Assembly (NCBI GenBank): GCA_964291285.2
Contig: OZ219786.1
Coordinates: 64,001-128,000, forward strand
Source of the DNA: Alphaproteobacteria bacterium
Lineage (GTDB): Bacteria > Pseudomonadota > Alphaproteobacteria > Bin95
Direction: 5' to 3'
DNA length: 64,000 bases
Part shown: piece by piece, positions 1 through 9,098 of the stretch
Position numbering within the stretch: the first letter of the stretch is position 1
How the letters are laid out: each line of letters opens with the position of its first letter
Notes under the pieces: generated by a model
Told to the model about the DNA's origin: nothing
Database searches by the model: none
The model's input: the letters and a program-made list of their open reading frames with translations, nothing else
Made by a program: the position numbers and the translations under genes

Positions 1-202
1 CATCGACGACCGTCGCCGTGCAACGGGGCTCGGGGACGGGTTCACCATGTTTCCGAAGGCTCTGGATATGAAAGGAGATTGCCTCACGTATTTCCGCTAT
101 TGCCTCTTGCCTGGTAGGCGCGGTTGCAACGCAGCCCGGCAAATCGGGAACATAAGCAGCGTAATTGGCCGGCGCTTTCTCGATCACGATGGTGTAGCGC
201 AT
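1..202 (-). CDS. hicB: HicB-family antitoxin (3' end runs off the window)
   Basis: Not in the ORF track. Manual translation from ATG at 202 gives MRYTIVIEKAPANYAAYVPDLPGCVATAPTRQEAIAEIREAISFHIQSLRKHGEPVPEP, with the HicB PDLPGC motif; lies directly downstream of hicA. Confidence 0.88.
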   Translation of the reverse strand, partial: MRYTIVIEKAPANYAAYVPDLPGCVATAPTRQEAIAEIREAISFHIQSLRKHGEPVPEPRCTATVVD

Positions 203-210
203 CCCGGTTC

Positions 211-402
211 TCACTCCTTCGTGCCGGACCGCTTCAGGATACTGGCCCACGTCCCTGGCGGCAGGTCATCGCTGGGTTTTCCGGCCCCTGTCACGGTCCC
301 CGGCTTTCGCGGATGTCGGTATTGGCGGTGACTGCCCCGAGTCCGAACCAGCCGCCAACCGTCTCGCTCTATCAGGCGTATTGTGTCCCGTACCTTGCGC
401 AC
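211..402 (-). CDS. hicA: HicA-family mRNA interferase toxin
   Basis: 63 aa with DGWRLVRTRGSHRQYRHP..PGTVT...DLPPGT..SILK, the HicA GSH signature. Confidence 0.9.
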   Translation of the reverse strand: MRKVRDTIRLIERDGWRLVRTRGSHRQYRHPRKPGTVTGAGKPSDDLPPGTWASILKRSGTKE

Positions 403-419
403 TCTACAGGTTCGTCATC

Positions 420-1244
420 CTAGCGCGGCCTTGCTCCCGAAGCGAGGACAGCGGGCAGGGAGAGGTCGAGGATGCCGTCCGCTCCGGCCATCGCGCGGGC
501 TTCGGCCAGCACGGCGGCCTCGATGGCGGCGCGGGCCTCCGGGGTCTGCGCGTCCAGAAGCGCGCGGGAGCGCACCGTGGCGTGGCGCAGCCCCTCGACC
601 AGCGCTTCGGGCGAAACGCGGCGGCGGATCGCGATTTCCTCCACCCTTGTCTCCCGGAAGCCCGCCGCCTCCAGAACACGCGCGCATTCCCCGGGGTCGG
701 CGAAGCGGAACATCTCCGGCCCCTCGGGAATGCCGCCCGCATGGGGGTCGCCGTGGGCCGCGACCGCGCGGCGGAACATGCCGAAATGCGCCACCCTGTC
801 CGCCGTGCACCAGGCAGAAAACGCATAGCGTCCGCCCGGCCGCAACACCCGGAACGCCTCCGCGACCGCGCGCTCCGGCCTGGCGAAATGCAGCATGCCG
901 AAGGAGCAGGTGACGGCGTCGAAGCTTCCCTCGTCGAACGGCAGCGCCTCGGCGTCGCCCTCGCGGAACTCGGCCTCGGGGAAGCTGCGCCGCGCTTCCT
1001 CCACCATGGCGGCGGCGAAATCCACGCCGGTCGCCTGCGCGCCGCGCCCGGCGGCCAGCGCCGCGCCGTAACCGGGCCCCGTCGCCACATCCAGCACGTC
1101 CATGCCGGTCCCCACACTGGCGGCGTCGAGCACCGGTCCGAGGCCAAGACGGGTCGAGTCCCAAGAGACGGCCCGGTAGCCGGCGGCCTGCCGGTTCCAG
1201 CCCTTGCGCTCGAACGCCTTGAAGTCGTCCGCATCGAAGCTCAT
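420..1244 (-). CDS. Class I SAM-dependent methyltransferase (UbiE-like)
   Basis: VLDVATGPG motif I, GDAEALPF..GSFDAV, RVLRPGG; start ATG 1244 overlaps the upstream stop. Confidence 0.85.
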   Translation of the reverse strand: MSFDADDFKAFERKGWNRQAAGYRAVSWDSTRLGLGPVLDAASVGTGMDVLDVATGPGYGAALAAGRGAQATGVDFAAAMVEEARRSFPEAEFREGDAEALPFDEGSFDAVTCSFGMLHFARPERAVAEAFRVLRPGGRYAFSAWCTADRVAHFGMFRRAVAAHGDPHAGGIPEGPEMFRFADPGECARVLEAAGFRETRVEEIAIRRRVSPEALVEGLRHATVRSRALLDAQTPEARAAIEAAVLAEARAMAGADGILDLSLPAVLASGARPR

Positions 1245-2296
1245 GCCGCCGCCTCGGCGAGGATATGCGCAGCTTCCTCGCAATCCGTGCGGCCCACGTC
1301 CAGATGAGTCACGGCGCGCATCCGCGTCGGCCCCATTGCGCCGATACGCAGGCCTGCCGCGCTGGCGCGCTCGGCAATGTCAGGGGCGCTTCGCCCTGTG
1401 CTGCCTACGTCGAAGAACAGGATGTTGGTCTCGCAGGGCTCGACCGAGATGCCGTCTATCCGAGCAAGCGCACCGGCCAGCAGGGAGGCATTGGCGTGGT
1501 CGTCTGTCAGCCGGTCCCAGTGCCGGTCGAGAGCATGCAGGCCGGCAGCGGCGACGATGCCGGCCTGCCGCATGGCGCCGCCCATGCGCTGCTTCCAGCG
1601 CCAGACCTCGTCGATGAAGGCGGTCGAGCCGGCGAGCACCGCACCCACAGGGCAGCCGAGCCCCTTGCTGAGGTCGATCCATGCGCTGTCGAAGCAGGCG
1701 GCATAGTCGGCAGCAGCAGTACCGGAGGCCACGACCGCATTCGGCAGCCGCGCGCCGTCCAGATGGGTCGCAAGGCCGTGCGCGCGGGCGATATTCGTCA
1801 CCGCCTGCACGGCCTCGAGCGGCCAGACGGAGCCGCCGCCCATATTGGCGGTATTCTCGACTTCCAGCAGCGCGGAGCGGGGTGCATAGCGGTGCTCCGG
1901 GCGGATGGCGGCTTCGGCCTGCTCCGCCGTGTACATGCCACGCTCGCCCGCAATCGGGGCGATCTGCACGCCGGAGAGCGCGGCCGGACCGCCGCCCTCG
2001 AAGTTCAGTATGTGGCACGACGCCTCGGCGATCACCTCGTCACCAGGCCGGCAATGGACCCGGATGGAAATCTCGTTGCACATCGTGCCCGAGGGCAGGA
2101 AGACCGCGGCTTCCTTGCCGAGCAGCGCCGCCACCCGTTCGCAAAGCGCATTGACGCTCGGGTCGGCGAAGGACTGCTCGTCTCCGACTGGGGCCTCGGC
2201 CATTGCCTGGCGCATTTCGGGCGTCGGCAGGGTCTGGGTGTCGCTGTAGAGGTTGATGCGCGGCGCATTGGCGCCTCGCCGCGTCGCTAAAGCCAT
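1241..2296 (-). CDS. Low-specificity L-threonine aldolase family (PLP)
   Basis: SDTQT.PT..MR.AM, GDE...DP, LPSGTMCN, HLDGARL, LSKGLGCPVG; the real start is inside the longer 674-aa ORF. Confidence 0.88.
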   Translation of the reverse strand: MALATRRGANAPRINLYSDTQTLPTPEMRQAMAEAPVGDEQSFADPSVNALCERVAALLGKEAAVFLPSGTMCNEISIRVHCRPGDEVIAEASCHILNFEGGGPAALSGVQIAPIAGERGMYTAEQAEAAIRPEHRYAPRSALLEVENTANMGGGSVWPLEAVQAVTNIARAHGLATHLDGARLPNAVVASGTAAADYAACFDSAWIDLSKGLGCPVGAVLAGSTAFIDEVWRWKQRMGGAMRQAGIVAAAGLHALDRHWDRLTDDHANASLLAGALARIDGISVEPCETNILFFDVGSTGRSAPDIAERASAAGLRIGAMGPTRMRAVTHLDVGRTDCEEAAHILAEAAA

Positions 2297-2352
2297 GATC
2301 TCGCTCGCGGGTTCGGGATTGGTATGGATCGATCGGTATCCTCGCGCCCCGG

Positions 2353-4080
2353 TCACGCGCCAATCGCATAGGCCATGCGGCGGGGGTCGGCGCCGCCGGT
2401 CATCACGCCGCGTTCGCTGTCGGCGTCGATCATGCACACGGAGCCTGCGAGCCAGATGCGCTCCGGCCACCGTTCGATCTCGTGGCCGCGCCGCGCAAGC
2501 TCGCCGCCAACCTCGTCCGCGATGGCGCTTTCCAGCTTGAGCAGGCCCGGATAGTAGGCGTGCGGCTCGAAGGAGGAGGGGAAGCTGTAGCTGGCATGGC
2601 GGGGCGCGGAGACGGCCTCCTGGGCGGACATGCCGTGGACTGTGAGGTTCATCAGGCATTGCGACATGGCCTGGGTCTGGACATCGCCGCCGGGCGTGCC
2701 GAAGGGCACGAAGCGCTTGCCGCCGTCCAGCACGGCCAGCCCGGGGTTGGGGGTCAGGCGAGGGCGCTTGCCGGGGGCGAGGGCCGAGGCATGGTCGGGG
2801 TCGGTCCAGGACTGGCAGCCGCGCGAGGAGATAGCGAGGCCGACGCCGGGGGCGACCGTGCCACCATAGGAGCCGTCCGACGGCGTGGCGGAGAAGACGT
2901 TTCCGTCCTCGTCCACGACGCAGACATAGGAGGTGTCGAGCGGCGCAACCTCCGGCTCCCGTGTCGGCACGGGCGCTGCGGGGACCGCGCGGCGCGATCC
3001 GGCCGCGCCCGGCGGCGGCATTTCCGGCATCGCGCGGGCCATGTCGATCTCCGCCCGGCGGACGGCGGCGTAATCCTCCGACGCGAGCGCGTCGATCGGC
3101 ACGTCCACGAAGCGCGGGTCGCCGAGCCAGGCGTCGCGGTCGGCCATGGCAAGCTTGACCGCCTCGACGGAGACATGCACCGCGTCGGCGCTGTTGTGGC
3201 CGAGCGCACGCAGGTCGTAGCCGCCGAGGATGTTCAGCACCTCGATCAGCGCCGGCCCCTGGCACCAGGGGCCGCAGGCATAGACGTCCGCATTGCCGAA
3301 CCGGCCGCGCACGGGCTCCTCGATGCCGACGCAGAAGGAGGCGAGGTCCTCAAGCGTCATCCAGCCGCCCTCGGCCGCCTGCCAGTCCGCGATGCGCTTC
3401 GCGATGTCGCCCTTGTAGAAGGCATCGCGGGCGGCCGCGAGCCCGGCCTTGCGCCCGCCCTTGCGCGCGGCGGCGGCCTCCTCGTCGGCCATGTATTGCA
3501 GCGCGGCCGCTCCTTCCTTCTGGAAGAACAGCTCGCCCGTCCGGGGCGGCCGCCCGCCCGGCAGGAAGATCGCCGCCGTGTGCGGCGCGGCGCGGAACTC
3601 GGCCTCGTGCTCCGAAATGATCCGCTCCATCAGCGGATACATCGGGAAGCCGTCGCGGGCGTAGCGGATCGCTGCCCGCGCGACCTCGCCGAAGCTCATC
3701 CGGCCCCAGAGCTCCAGCGCCGTGATCCAGGCGTCCGGGGCGGCGGGTACGACCGTCCGCAGCACGCCGTTCGGGATCGCCCCGCCATATTCGCGCCGGA
3801 AATGCCCGATGTCAGCCGCCTTCGGCCACCAGCCGAGACCGGAGATCGTGACCACCTTCTGCGCCTCGGCGCTGTAGACCATGATCGGCGCGACGCCGGC
3901 GACGCTCACCAGGTCGCTCTCCAGGATGCCGAGCGCCAGCCCGCCGGCCACGCCCGCGTCGATGGCATTGCCGCCCGCTTCCAGCACAGAGAACGCCGCG
4001 CTTGCCGCAAGCTGGTGTCCGGCCACCGCCATATGCCGGGTTGCGACTGTTTCGGCCCGTTCGCTCGCCATCGCTGCCAT
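2353..4080 (-). CDS. Gamma-glutamyltransferase family protein
   Basis: GGNAIDAGVA, DTSYVCVVDEDGN (Thr nucleophile), PGKRPR.TPNP, GTPGGD.Q.Q, GADPRR. Confidence 0.9.
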   Translation of the reverse strand: MAAMASERAETVATRHMAVAGHQLAASAAFSVLEAGGNAIDAGVAGGLALGILESDLVSVAGVAPIMVYSAEAQKVVTISGLGWWPKAADIGHFRREYGGAIPNGVLRTVVPAAPDAWITALELWGRMSFGEVARAAIRYARDGFPMYPLMERIISEHEAEFRAAPHTAAIFLPGGRPPRTGELFFQKEGAAALQYMADEEAAAARKGGRKAGLAAARDAFYKGDIAKRIADWQAAEGGWMTLEDLASFCVGIEEPVRGRFGNADVYACGPWCQGPALIEVLNILGGYDLRALGHNSADAVHVSVEAVKLAMADRDAWLGDPRFVDVPIDALASEDYAAVRRAEIDMARAMPEMPPPGAAGSRRAVPAAPVPTREPEVAPLDTSYVCVVDEDGNVFSATPSDGSYGGTVAPGVGLAISSRGCQSWTDPDHASALAPGKRPRLTPNPGLAVLDGGKRFVPFGTPGGDVQTQAMSQCLMNLTVHGMSAQEAVSAPRHASYSFPSSFEPHAYYPGLLKLESAIADEVGGELARRGHEIERWPERIWLAGSVCMIDADSERGVMTGGADPRRMAYAIGA

Positions 4081-4164
4081 GCTCCCCTGTCGTCCTGCCT
4101 TGCCATCCGGGCGGCTCTTAATGCCATGATGCGCGAGGGCGGTCAGGAAAGCGAGAGACGCGGC

Positions 4165-5316
4165 ATGCACATCCATTTCAGCGAGGAGGAATTCGCCGCG
4201 CGCCGGCGCGCGGCGGCCGAGGCGGCGGCGGCGGCCGGGTTCGACGGACTGCTCATCTTCAAGCAGGAGAGCATGTTCTACCTCACCGGCTACGACACGT
4301 TCGGCTTCTGCTTCTTCCAGTGCCTCCTGCTGGACGCCGATGGGCGGATGGCGCTGCTGACCCGCGCGCCCGACCGCCGCCAGGCGGAGTTCACCTCGGT
4401 TCTCGACGACATCCGCGTATGGGAGGACGCGGCCGATGCGCGGCCCGAGGACGACCTGAAGGCGATGCTGGCCGAGTTCGGCCTCAAAGGGCGGCGACTC
4501 GGGGTGGAGTGGCAGTCCTACGGTCTTCCCGCGGCGATGGGCTTCCGGCTCCGCGATGCGCTGGAAGGGTTCGTCGATCTGGGCGACGCTTCCGGGCTGG
4601 TGGACGGACTGCGGGTCATCAAGAGCCCGGCGGAGCTCGCTTATGTGCGCAAGGCGGGGGAGCTGGCTGACCGCGCCTGGGACGAGGCTGTACGGCTGGC
4701 GAGGCCGGGCGCCTTCGAAGGAGACATTCTGGCGGCGATGCAGGGCACGGTCTGGCAGGCCGGCGGCGACGACCCGGCCAACGAGTTCATCGTCGGCTCC
4801 GGCCCCGGCGCGCTCATGTGCCGCTACTACAGCGGCAGGCGGCACCTGGATGCGGACGACCAGCTGACGCTGGAATTCGCCGGCACCTGGCGGCACTACC
4901 ATGCCTGCCTGATGCGCACGATCCGCATCGGCCCGCCGCCGGCCCGCCAGCGTTTCCTGCACGACGCGGCGGTCGAGGCGCTGGCCGCCTGCCGGGAGGC
5001 GCTGAGGCCCGGCCGGCCGGTGGGCGAGGTGTTCGACGCCCATGCCCGCGTGCTGGATACACGCGGCCTTGCCGAACATCGCATGAATGCCTGCGGCTAT
5101 TCGCTGGGAGCTACATTCGCGCCGGTGTGGATGGACAGCCCGATGTTCTATCGCGGCAATCCGACACTCGCCGTGCCTGGTATGGTGTTCTTCATCCACA
5201 TCATCATTTTCGACAGTGATTCCGGTCTTGCCGCGACCACCGGCACTACGACCGTTGTCACCGAAACGGGTAACGATCCGGTGACCCACGCTTCCACTGA
5301 ACTCGTCGTCAACTAG
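4165..5316 (+). CDS. M24 Xaa-Pro peptidase/creatinase-like hydrolase
   Basis: YLTGYD, LRVIKSPAE, LEFAG...HYH.CLMRT, GYSLG pita-bread fold motifs. Confidence 0.85.
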   Translation: MHIHFSEEEFAARRRAAAEAAAAAGFDGLLIFKQESMFYLTGYDTFGFCFFQCLLLDADGRMALLTRAPDRRQAEFTSVLDDIRVWEDAADARPEDDLKAMLAEFGLKGRRLGVEWQSYGLPAAMGFRLRDALEGFVDLGDASGLVDGLRVIKSPAELAYVRKAGELADRAWDEAVRLARPGAFEGDILAAMQGTVWQAGGDDPANEFIVGSGPGALMCRYYSGRRHLDADDQLTLEFAGTWRHYHACLMRTIRIGPPPARQRFLHDAAVEALAACREALRPGRPVGEVFDAHARVLDTRGLAEHRMNACGYSLGATFAPVWMDSPMFYRGNPTLAVPGMVFFIHIIIFDSDSGLAATTGTTTVVTETGNDPVTHASTELVVN

Positions 5317-5335
5317 CAACCGACGGGGAGCGGCT

Positions 5336-6487
5336 TTGCCGATGGATTTCCTGACGCCCGAACAGGAGATGTGGCGCGAGACCGTCTTCCGCTTCATGGA
5401 GGAGGAAATCGGCCGCGACTATGTCCGCGAGAAGGACCGCAATCGCGAATACCCCTATGAGGGCTACGCGAAGGTCGTCTCCCAGGGCTGGATCGGCCTG
5501 CTGGTGCCCGAGGAGCGGGGCGGGCAGGGCGGCGACATCTTCTCCTACGCGCTGATGTGCGAGGGGCTGGCGCGTTACGGGCCGGACTTCGCCACCGCGC
5601 TGATGGTGCCGATGTTCACCGCGCAGAACATCGTCCATCACGGCAGCCGGGAGCAGGCCGCGCACTATATCGAGCCGTTCCTGACGGGCGAGATGCGCTT
5701 CGTCATCTCGCTGTCGGAGCCGCAGGCGGGTTCGGACGCCGCCAATGCCCGCACCCGCGCCCGGCGGGACGGAAACGAATGGGTGGTGAACGGGCAGAAG
5801 CTCTGGAATTCGGGCGGCGGCGCGAAGGGCGCCGTGCTGTGCGCTCTGGTGCGCACCGAAGCGGACTCCGCGAAGCATGACGGGCTTTCGGTGCTGCTGA
5901 TCCCGAACGATGCGCCGGGCGTAACCGTCCACAAGGTCGAGGCGCTCGCGCGGCGGGCTACGGGCTCCAACACGATCTTCTTCGACGATGTGCGCCTGCC
6001 CGGCCATGCCCTGCTCGGCGCGGAAGGGCAGGGCTGGCAGATCATGACAGAGCATCTGGAACTGGAGCGCATTTCGATCGCGGCCGGCTATGTCGGCTGC
6101 GCGCAGCAGGCCGTGGACGATGCCTGCGACTACGCCCGCGCGCGGGAACAATTCGGGCAGCCGATCTTCGATTTCCAGGTCATCCGGCATATGCTGGCCG
6201 ACATGCAGACCCGGGTGGACGCCGCGCGATTGCTGACCTACCGCGCCGCTGCGGCGGCGAACGGCGGCGAGCCGTGTCCGAAGGAAGCCGCGATGGCGAA
6301 GCTGTTCGCGTCCGAGACCCTGCAGGAGGTTTCGCGCCAGGGCGTGCAGATCATGGGCGGTATCGGCACTACGCCGGAGGCCGACATGGAGCGCTATTTC
6401 CGGGAGGGCATGCAGGCCACCATCGGCGGCGGCACCAGCCAGATCCAGCGCACCATCATCGCGAGGCATATGCGCCATGGCCGCTAG
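5336..6487 (+). CDS. Acyl-CoA dehydrogenase
   Basis: LSEPQAGSD, NGQKLWNS, REQFGQPI.DFQ, IGGGTSQIQR. Confidence 0.92.
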   Translation: MPMDFLTPEQEMWRETVFRFMEEEIGRDYVREKDRNREYPYEGYAKVVSQGWIGLLVPEERGGQGGDIFSYALMCEGLARYGPDFATALMVPMFTAQNIVHHGSREQAAHYIEPFLTGEMRFVISLSEPQAGSDAANARTRARRDGNEWVVNGQKLWNSGGGAKGAVLCALVRTEADSAKHDGLSVLLIPNDAPGVTVHKVEALARRATGSNTIFFDDVRLPGHALLGAEGQGWQIMTEHLELERISIAAGYVGCAQQAVDDACDYARAREQFGQPIFDFQVIRHMLADMQTRVDAARLLTYRAAAAANGGEPCPKEAAMAKLFASETLQEVSRQGVQIMGGIGTTPEADMERYFREGMQATIGGGTSQIQRTIIARHMRHGR

Positions 6488-7013
6488 AACCGGACTCGCG
6501 CTTTTCCTCCTGTTGTCGGCGGGGCCGGCGCTGGCGGCGGACTCGTGGGACAGGATGCTCTGCATGGCGGGCGGCGGCGCGCCGTCGGCGAATGTGCTCC
6601 ACTGCACGCGCGCGCTGGAGGGCGGCCTGTTCGAGACCCCGGAAGAGCGGGCAAGGGGCCTCTTCAAGCGCGGCACGGCGCAGATCGAGACCGGCGCTTA
6701 CAGGGCGGCGGTCGCTGATTTCGACGAGGCGATCGGCCTGCGTCCGGAATACGGAGAGGCCTTCCATAATCGCGGCGTCGCCAAGTGGCGTATGGGCAAG
6801 CTGGAAGCTGCGCTCGCCGATTTCGACGAAAGCGTCGCGCTCGGGCAGGTCGAGCTCTGGCGCGCCTACAAGGTGCGCGGCGACCTCAAGGCTGAAATGG
6901 GGCAGCTGGATGAGGCTCTCGCCGACTATGAGCGCTCGCTCGCCATCCGTCCCGACTGGGACTACGCAAGGAAGGCGCTAAGGCGCGTGATGGTGAGGAA
7001 GCAGGGGAACTGA
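6477..7013 (+). CDS. Secreted tetratricopeptide-repeat protein
   Basis: Signal peptide (…GPALAA) followed by about three TPRs (A.ADFDEAI.L.P, AFHNRG, ALADYERSL). Confidence 0.8.
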   Translation: MAARTGLALFLLLSAGPALAADSWDRMLCMAGGGAPSANVLHCTRALEGGLFETPEERARGLFKRGTAQIETGAYRAAVADFDEAIGLRPEYGEAFHNRGVAKWRMGKLEAALADFDESVALGQVELWRAYKVRGDLKAEMGQLDEALADYERSLAIRPDWDYARKALRRVMVRKQGN

Positions 7014-7029
7014 GCGCCTGACGGTGGCT

Positions 7030-7596
7030 TCACCGGTTTGCGCCGGGCACCCAGAGAACATCGGCGGCGCCCTCGTCGTTGGCCAGACGGGCAGCAACGA
7101 AAAGATGGTCCGAGAGGCGGTTTATGTAGTGCCGTGCGGCCTCGCCAACAGGTTCCTCGCGGGCAAGCGCCGTCATCGCACGTTCCGCCCGGCGGGCCGT
7201 GGTGCGCGCGAGGTGAAGCGCCGCCGCCGCCGGCGAACCGCCCGGCAGTACGAAGGAGTTGAGCGGCGCGAGCGCAGCGTTCATCGCGTCGATCTCGGCC
7301 TCCAGCCGTTGGACCTGTTCCGGCGCGACGCGCAAGGCCCCCCCGGAGCGCCGTTCGCCGCCTTCCGGCGTGCAGAGGTCGGCGCCCAGGTCGAACAGGT
7401 CGTTCTGGATGCGCGCCAGCATCTCGTCCATCCTGCCGGATGTATGCAGGCGGGCGAGGCCGATGCAGGCATTGGTCTCGTCCACCGCACCGAACGCCTC
7501 GACGCGGATGCTGTCCTTGGCGACGCGCGCGCCGTTGCCGAGCGAAGTTTCGCCTTTGTCTCCGCCCCTCGTGTAGATCCTGGTGAGCCGGACCAT
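7030..7596 (-). CDS. PduO-type cob(I)alamin adenosyltransferase
   Basis: MVRLTRIYTRGGDKGETSL, GAVDETN, QNDLFDLGADL, RRAER, NRLSD.LF. Confidence 0.93.
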   Translation of the reverse strand: MVRLTRIYTRGGDKGETSLGNGARVAKDSIRVEAFGAVDETNACIGLARLHTSGRMDEMLARIQNDLFDLGADLCTPEGGERRSGGALRVAPEQVQRLEAEIDAMNAALAPLNSFVLPGGSPAAAALHLARTTARRAERAMTALAREEPVGEAARHYINRLSDHLFVAARLANDEGAADVLWVPGANR

Positions 7597-7781
7597 CAGG
7601 AGCCGGCCAGCAGCGCCGCCGCGGCGATCAGAACGATGGCAAGGAATTGCAGGCCGACACGAAGTTGCATCAGCTTGTTGCCGTATTTCCGGTTGAAGCT
7701 GCCGCCCCGCATCATCCCGAAAATCCCGATGAACAGGACGAGCGCCACGGCGGCGAGGAAAATCGGGATCAGGAAGGACAT
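7596..7781 (-). CDS. Twin-transmembrane small protein (HIG1-like)
   Basis: Two hydrophobic helices with NKLMQLRVGLQ; the usual alphaproteobacterial neighbour of pduO. Confidence 0.82.
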   Translation of the reverse strand: MSFLIPIFLAAVALVLFIGIFGMMRGGSFNRKYGNKLMQLRVGLQFLAIVLIAAAALLAGS

Positions 7782-7892
7782 ACAGCCCGGACCTTTCGAC
7801 ACGCTGCCGATATCGCACAATGCCGGAGACGCTCAAGCGTTTCCACTCGATTCGCGCCGCCGATCCAGGCCGCAGGCTTCGTCCGGCTTGCA

Positions 7893-9080
7893 TCAACCGG
7901 CAATGGCGGGTTCCTCCGACAGCGCGGCTTCGGCGTCGTAGCCGTAAAGCCAGATCTGCCCCGGCGGGAAGCCGCCGCGATAGTCGGCGCGGTCCTTCGC
8001 TAGCTTGGCGTTGCGCGCCGCGACCTCCGCCGGGTCCGCCATAAGGCAGTGGTGCTCGATGGCGCGGGACCAGCCCTGCACCCGGTTGGCGCGCTCCCGG
8101 CGCAGCGCCTCGTAGCGTGCAAGGCCGTCCTCGCCCGCGTCCTCGGCAAGGCAGCCGGCCAGCACCCAGGCGTCCTCCAGGCTCATGGCGGCGCCCTGCG
8201 CGTGATAGGGCATCATGGCATGCGCGGCGTCGCCCAGCAGCACCGTTCGCCCGCGCGTCCAGGCAGGCAGGGCCTCCCGGTCGAACAGCGCCCATTCATG
8301 CACGGTCTCCGTGCGCTCCACCATGCGCGTGACCGTGGGCGGGAAGGGCGCCATCGCCGCGGCGGCGTCCTCCACCCGGCCGAGGCGGGACCACGACTCT
8401 GGCGTCTCGCGGTCCGTGCGCGCAATCGCGATCCAGTTCATCAGCCGCCCGGCCGAGACCCAGTAGCGCACCATGCAGGCGTCCGGCCCCCACCAGACGC
8501 CCGACTCGCGCGGAATGTCGAGATCGGCCAGCCGCTCGGCCGGGACCAGCGCGCGCCAGGCGACGGAGCCCGAATCCCGCGCATTGCCCGTGCCGAAGAG
8601 GTGGCGGCGCACCGGGCTGTGGATGCCGTCGGCGCCGATGACGATGTCGGCCTCCACGATCTCGCCGTCCGTCAGAGTCAGCCGCTCTCCGTCCACGGCG
8701 GCGACCTGCGCCCCGAGCCGTATCCGGCCCGAAGGCTGGCGCTTGAGCAGTCCGTCCAGCAGGTCCGCGCGATGGGCGTGGTAGTAGGGATAGCCGAAGG
8801 TCTCGCGCGCTTCCCGGCCGAGCGGGGCCTCGACCAGCATCTCGCCCTCATGGCTGCGGATCGCGAGCCCCTCCGGCTCGACGCCCCACCCGGCCATGTC
8901 GTCTTCGAGACCCAGCCAGTTCAGGATGCGCGTGGCGTTGGGGCTGAGCTGGATACCGGCGCCCACCGCCTCGATGCGCGGCGCCTGCTCCAGCACGACA
9001 GCGTCGATGCCGCGCTTTGCGAGGGAGAGGGAAAGCGCCAACCCGCCGATGCCGGCGCCTACGATAACGATCCGTGCCAT
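7893..9080 (-). CDS. FAD-dependent monooxygenase (salicylate hydroxylase-like)
   Basis: GAGIGGL, GAGIQLSPNA, GADGIHS, LLGDAAHAM.PYHAQGA. Confidence 0.88.
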   Translation of the reverse strand: MARIVIVGAGIGGLALSLSLAKRGIDAVVLEQAPRIEAVGAGIQLSPNATRILNWLGLEDDMAGWGVEPEGLAIRSHEGEMLVEAPLGREARETFGYPYYHAHRADLLDGLLKRQPSGRIRLGAQVAAVDGERLTLTDGEIVEADIVIGADGIHSPVRRHLFGTGNARDSGSVAWRALVPAERLADLDIPRESGVWWGPDACMVRYWVSAGRLMNWIAIARTDRETPESWSRLGRVEDAAAAMAPFPPTVTRMVERTETVHEWALFDREALPAWTRGRTVLLGDAAHAMMPYHAQGAAMSLEDAWVLAGCLAEDAGEDGLARYEALRRERANRVQGWSRAIEHHCLMADPAEVAARNAKLAKDRADYRGGFPPGQIWLYGYDAEAALSEEPAIAG

Positions 9081-9098
9081 ACAAGCTGCTCCGCGGGC

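Noticed and set aside
1241-5397. Long N-terminal extensions on threonine aldolase, GGT and M24 ORFs suggesting fusions
   Set aside because: The extensions overlap neighbouring real genes; family similarity begins at the downstream starts used above.
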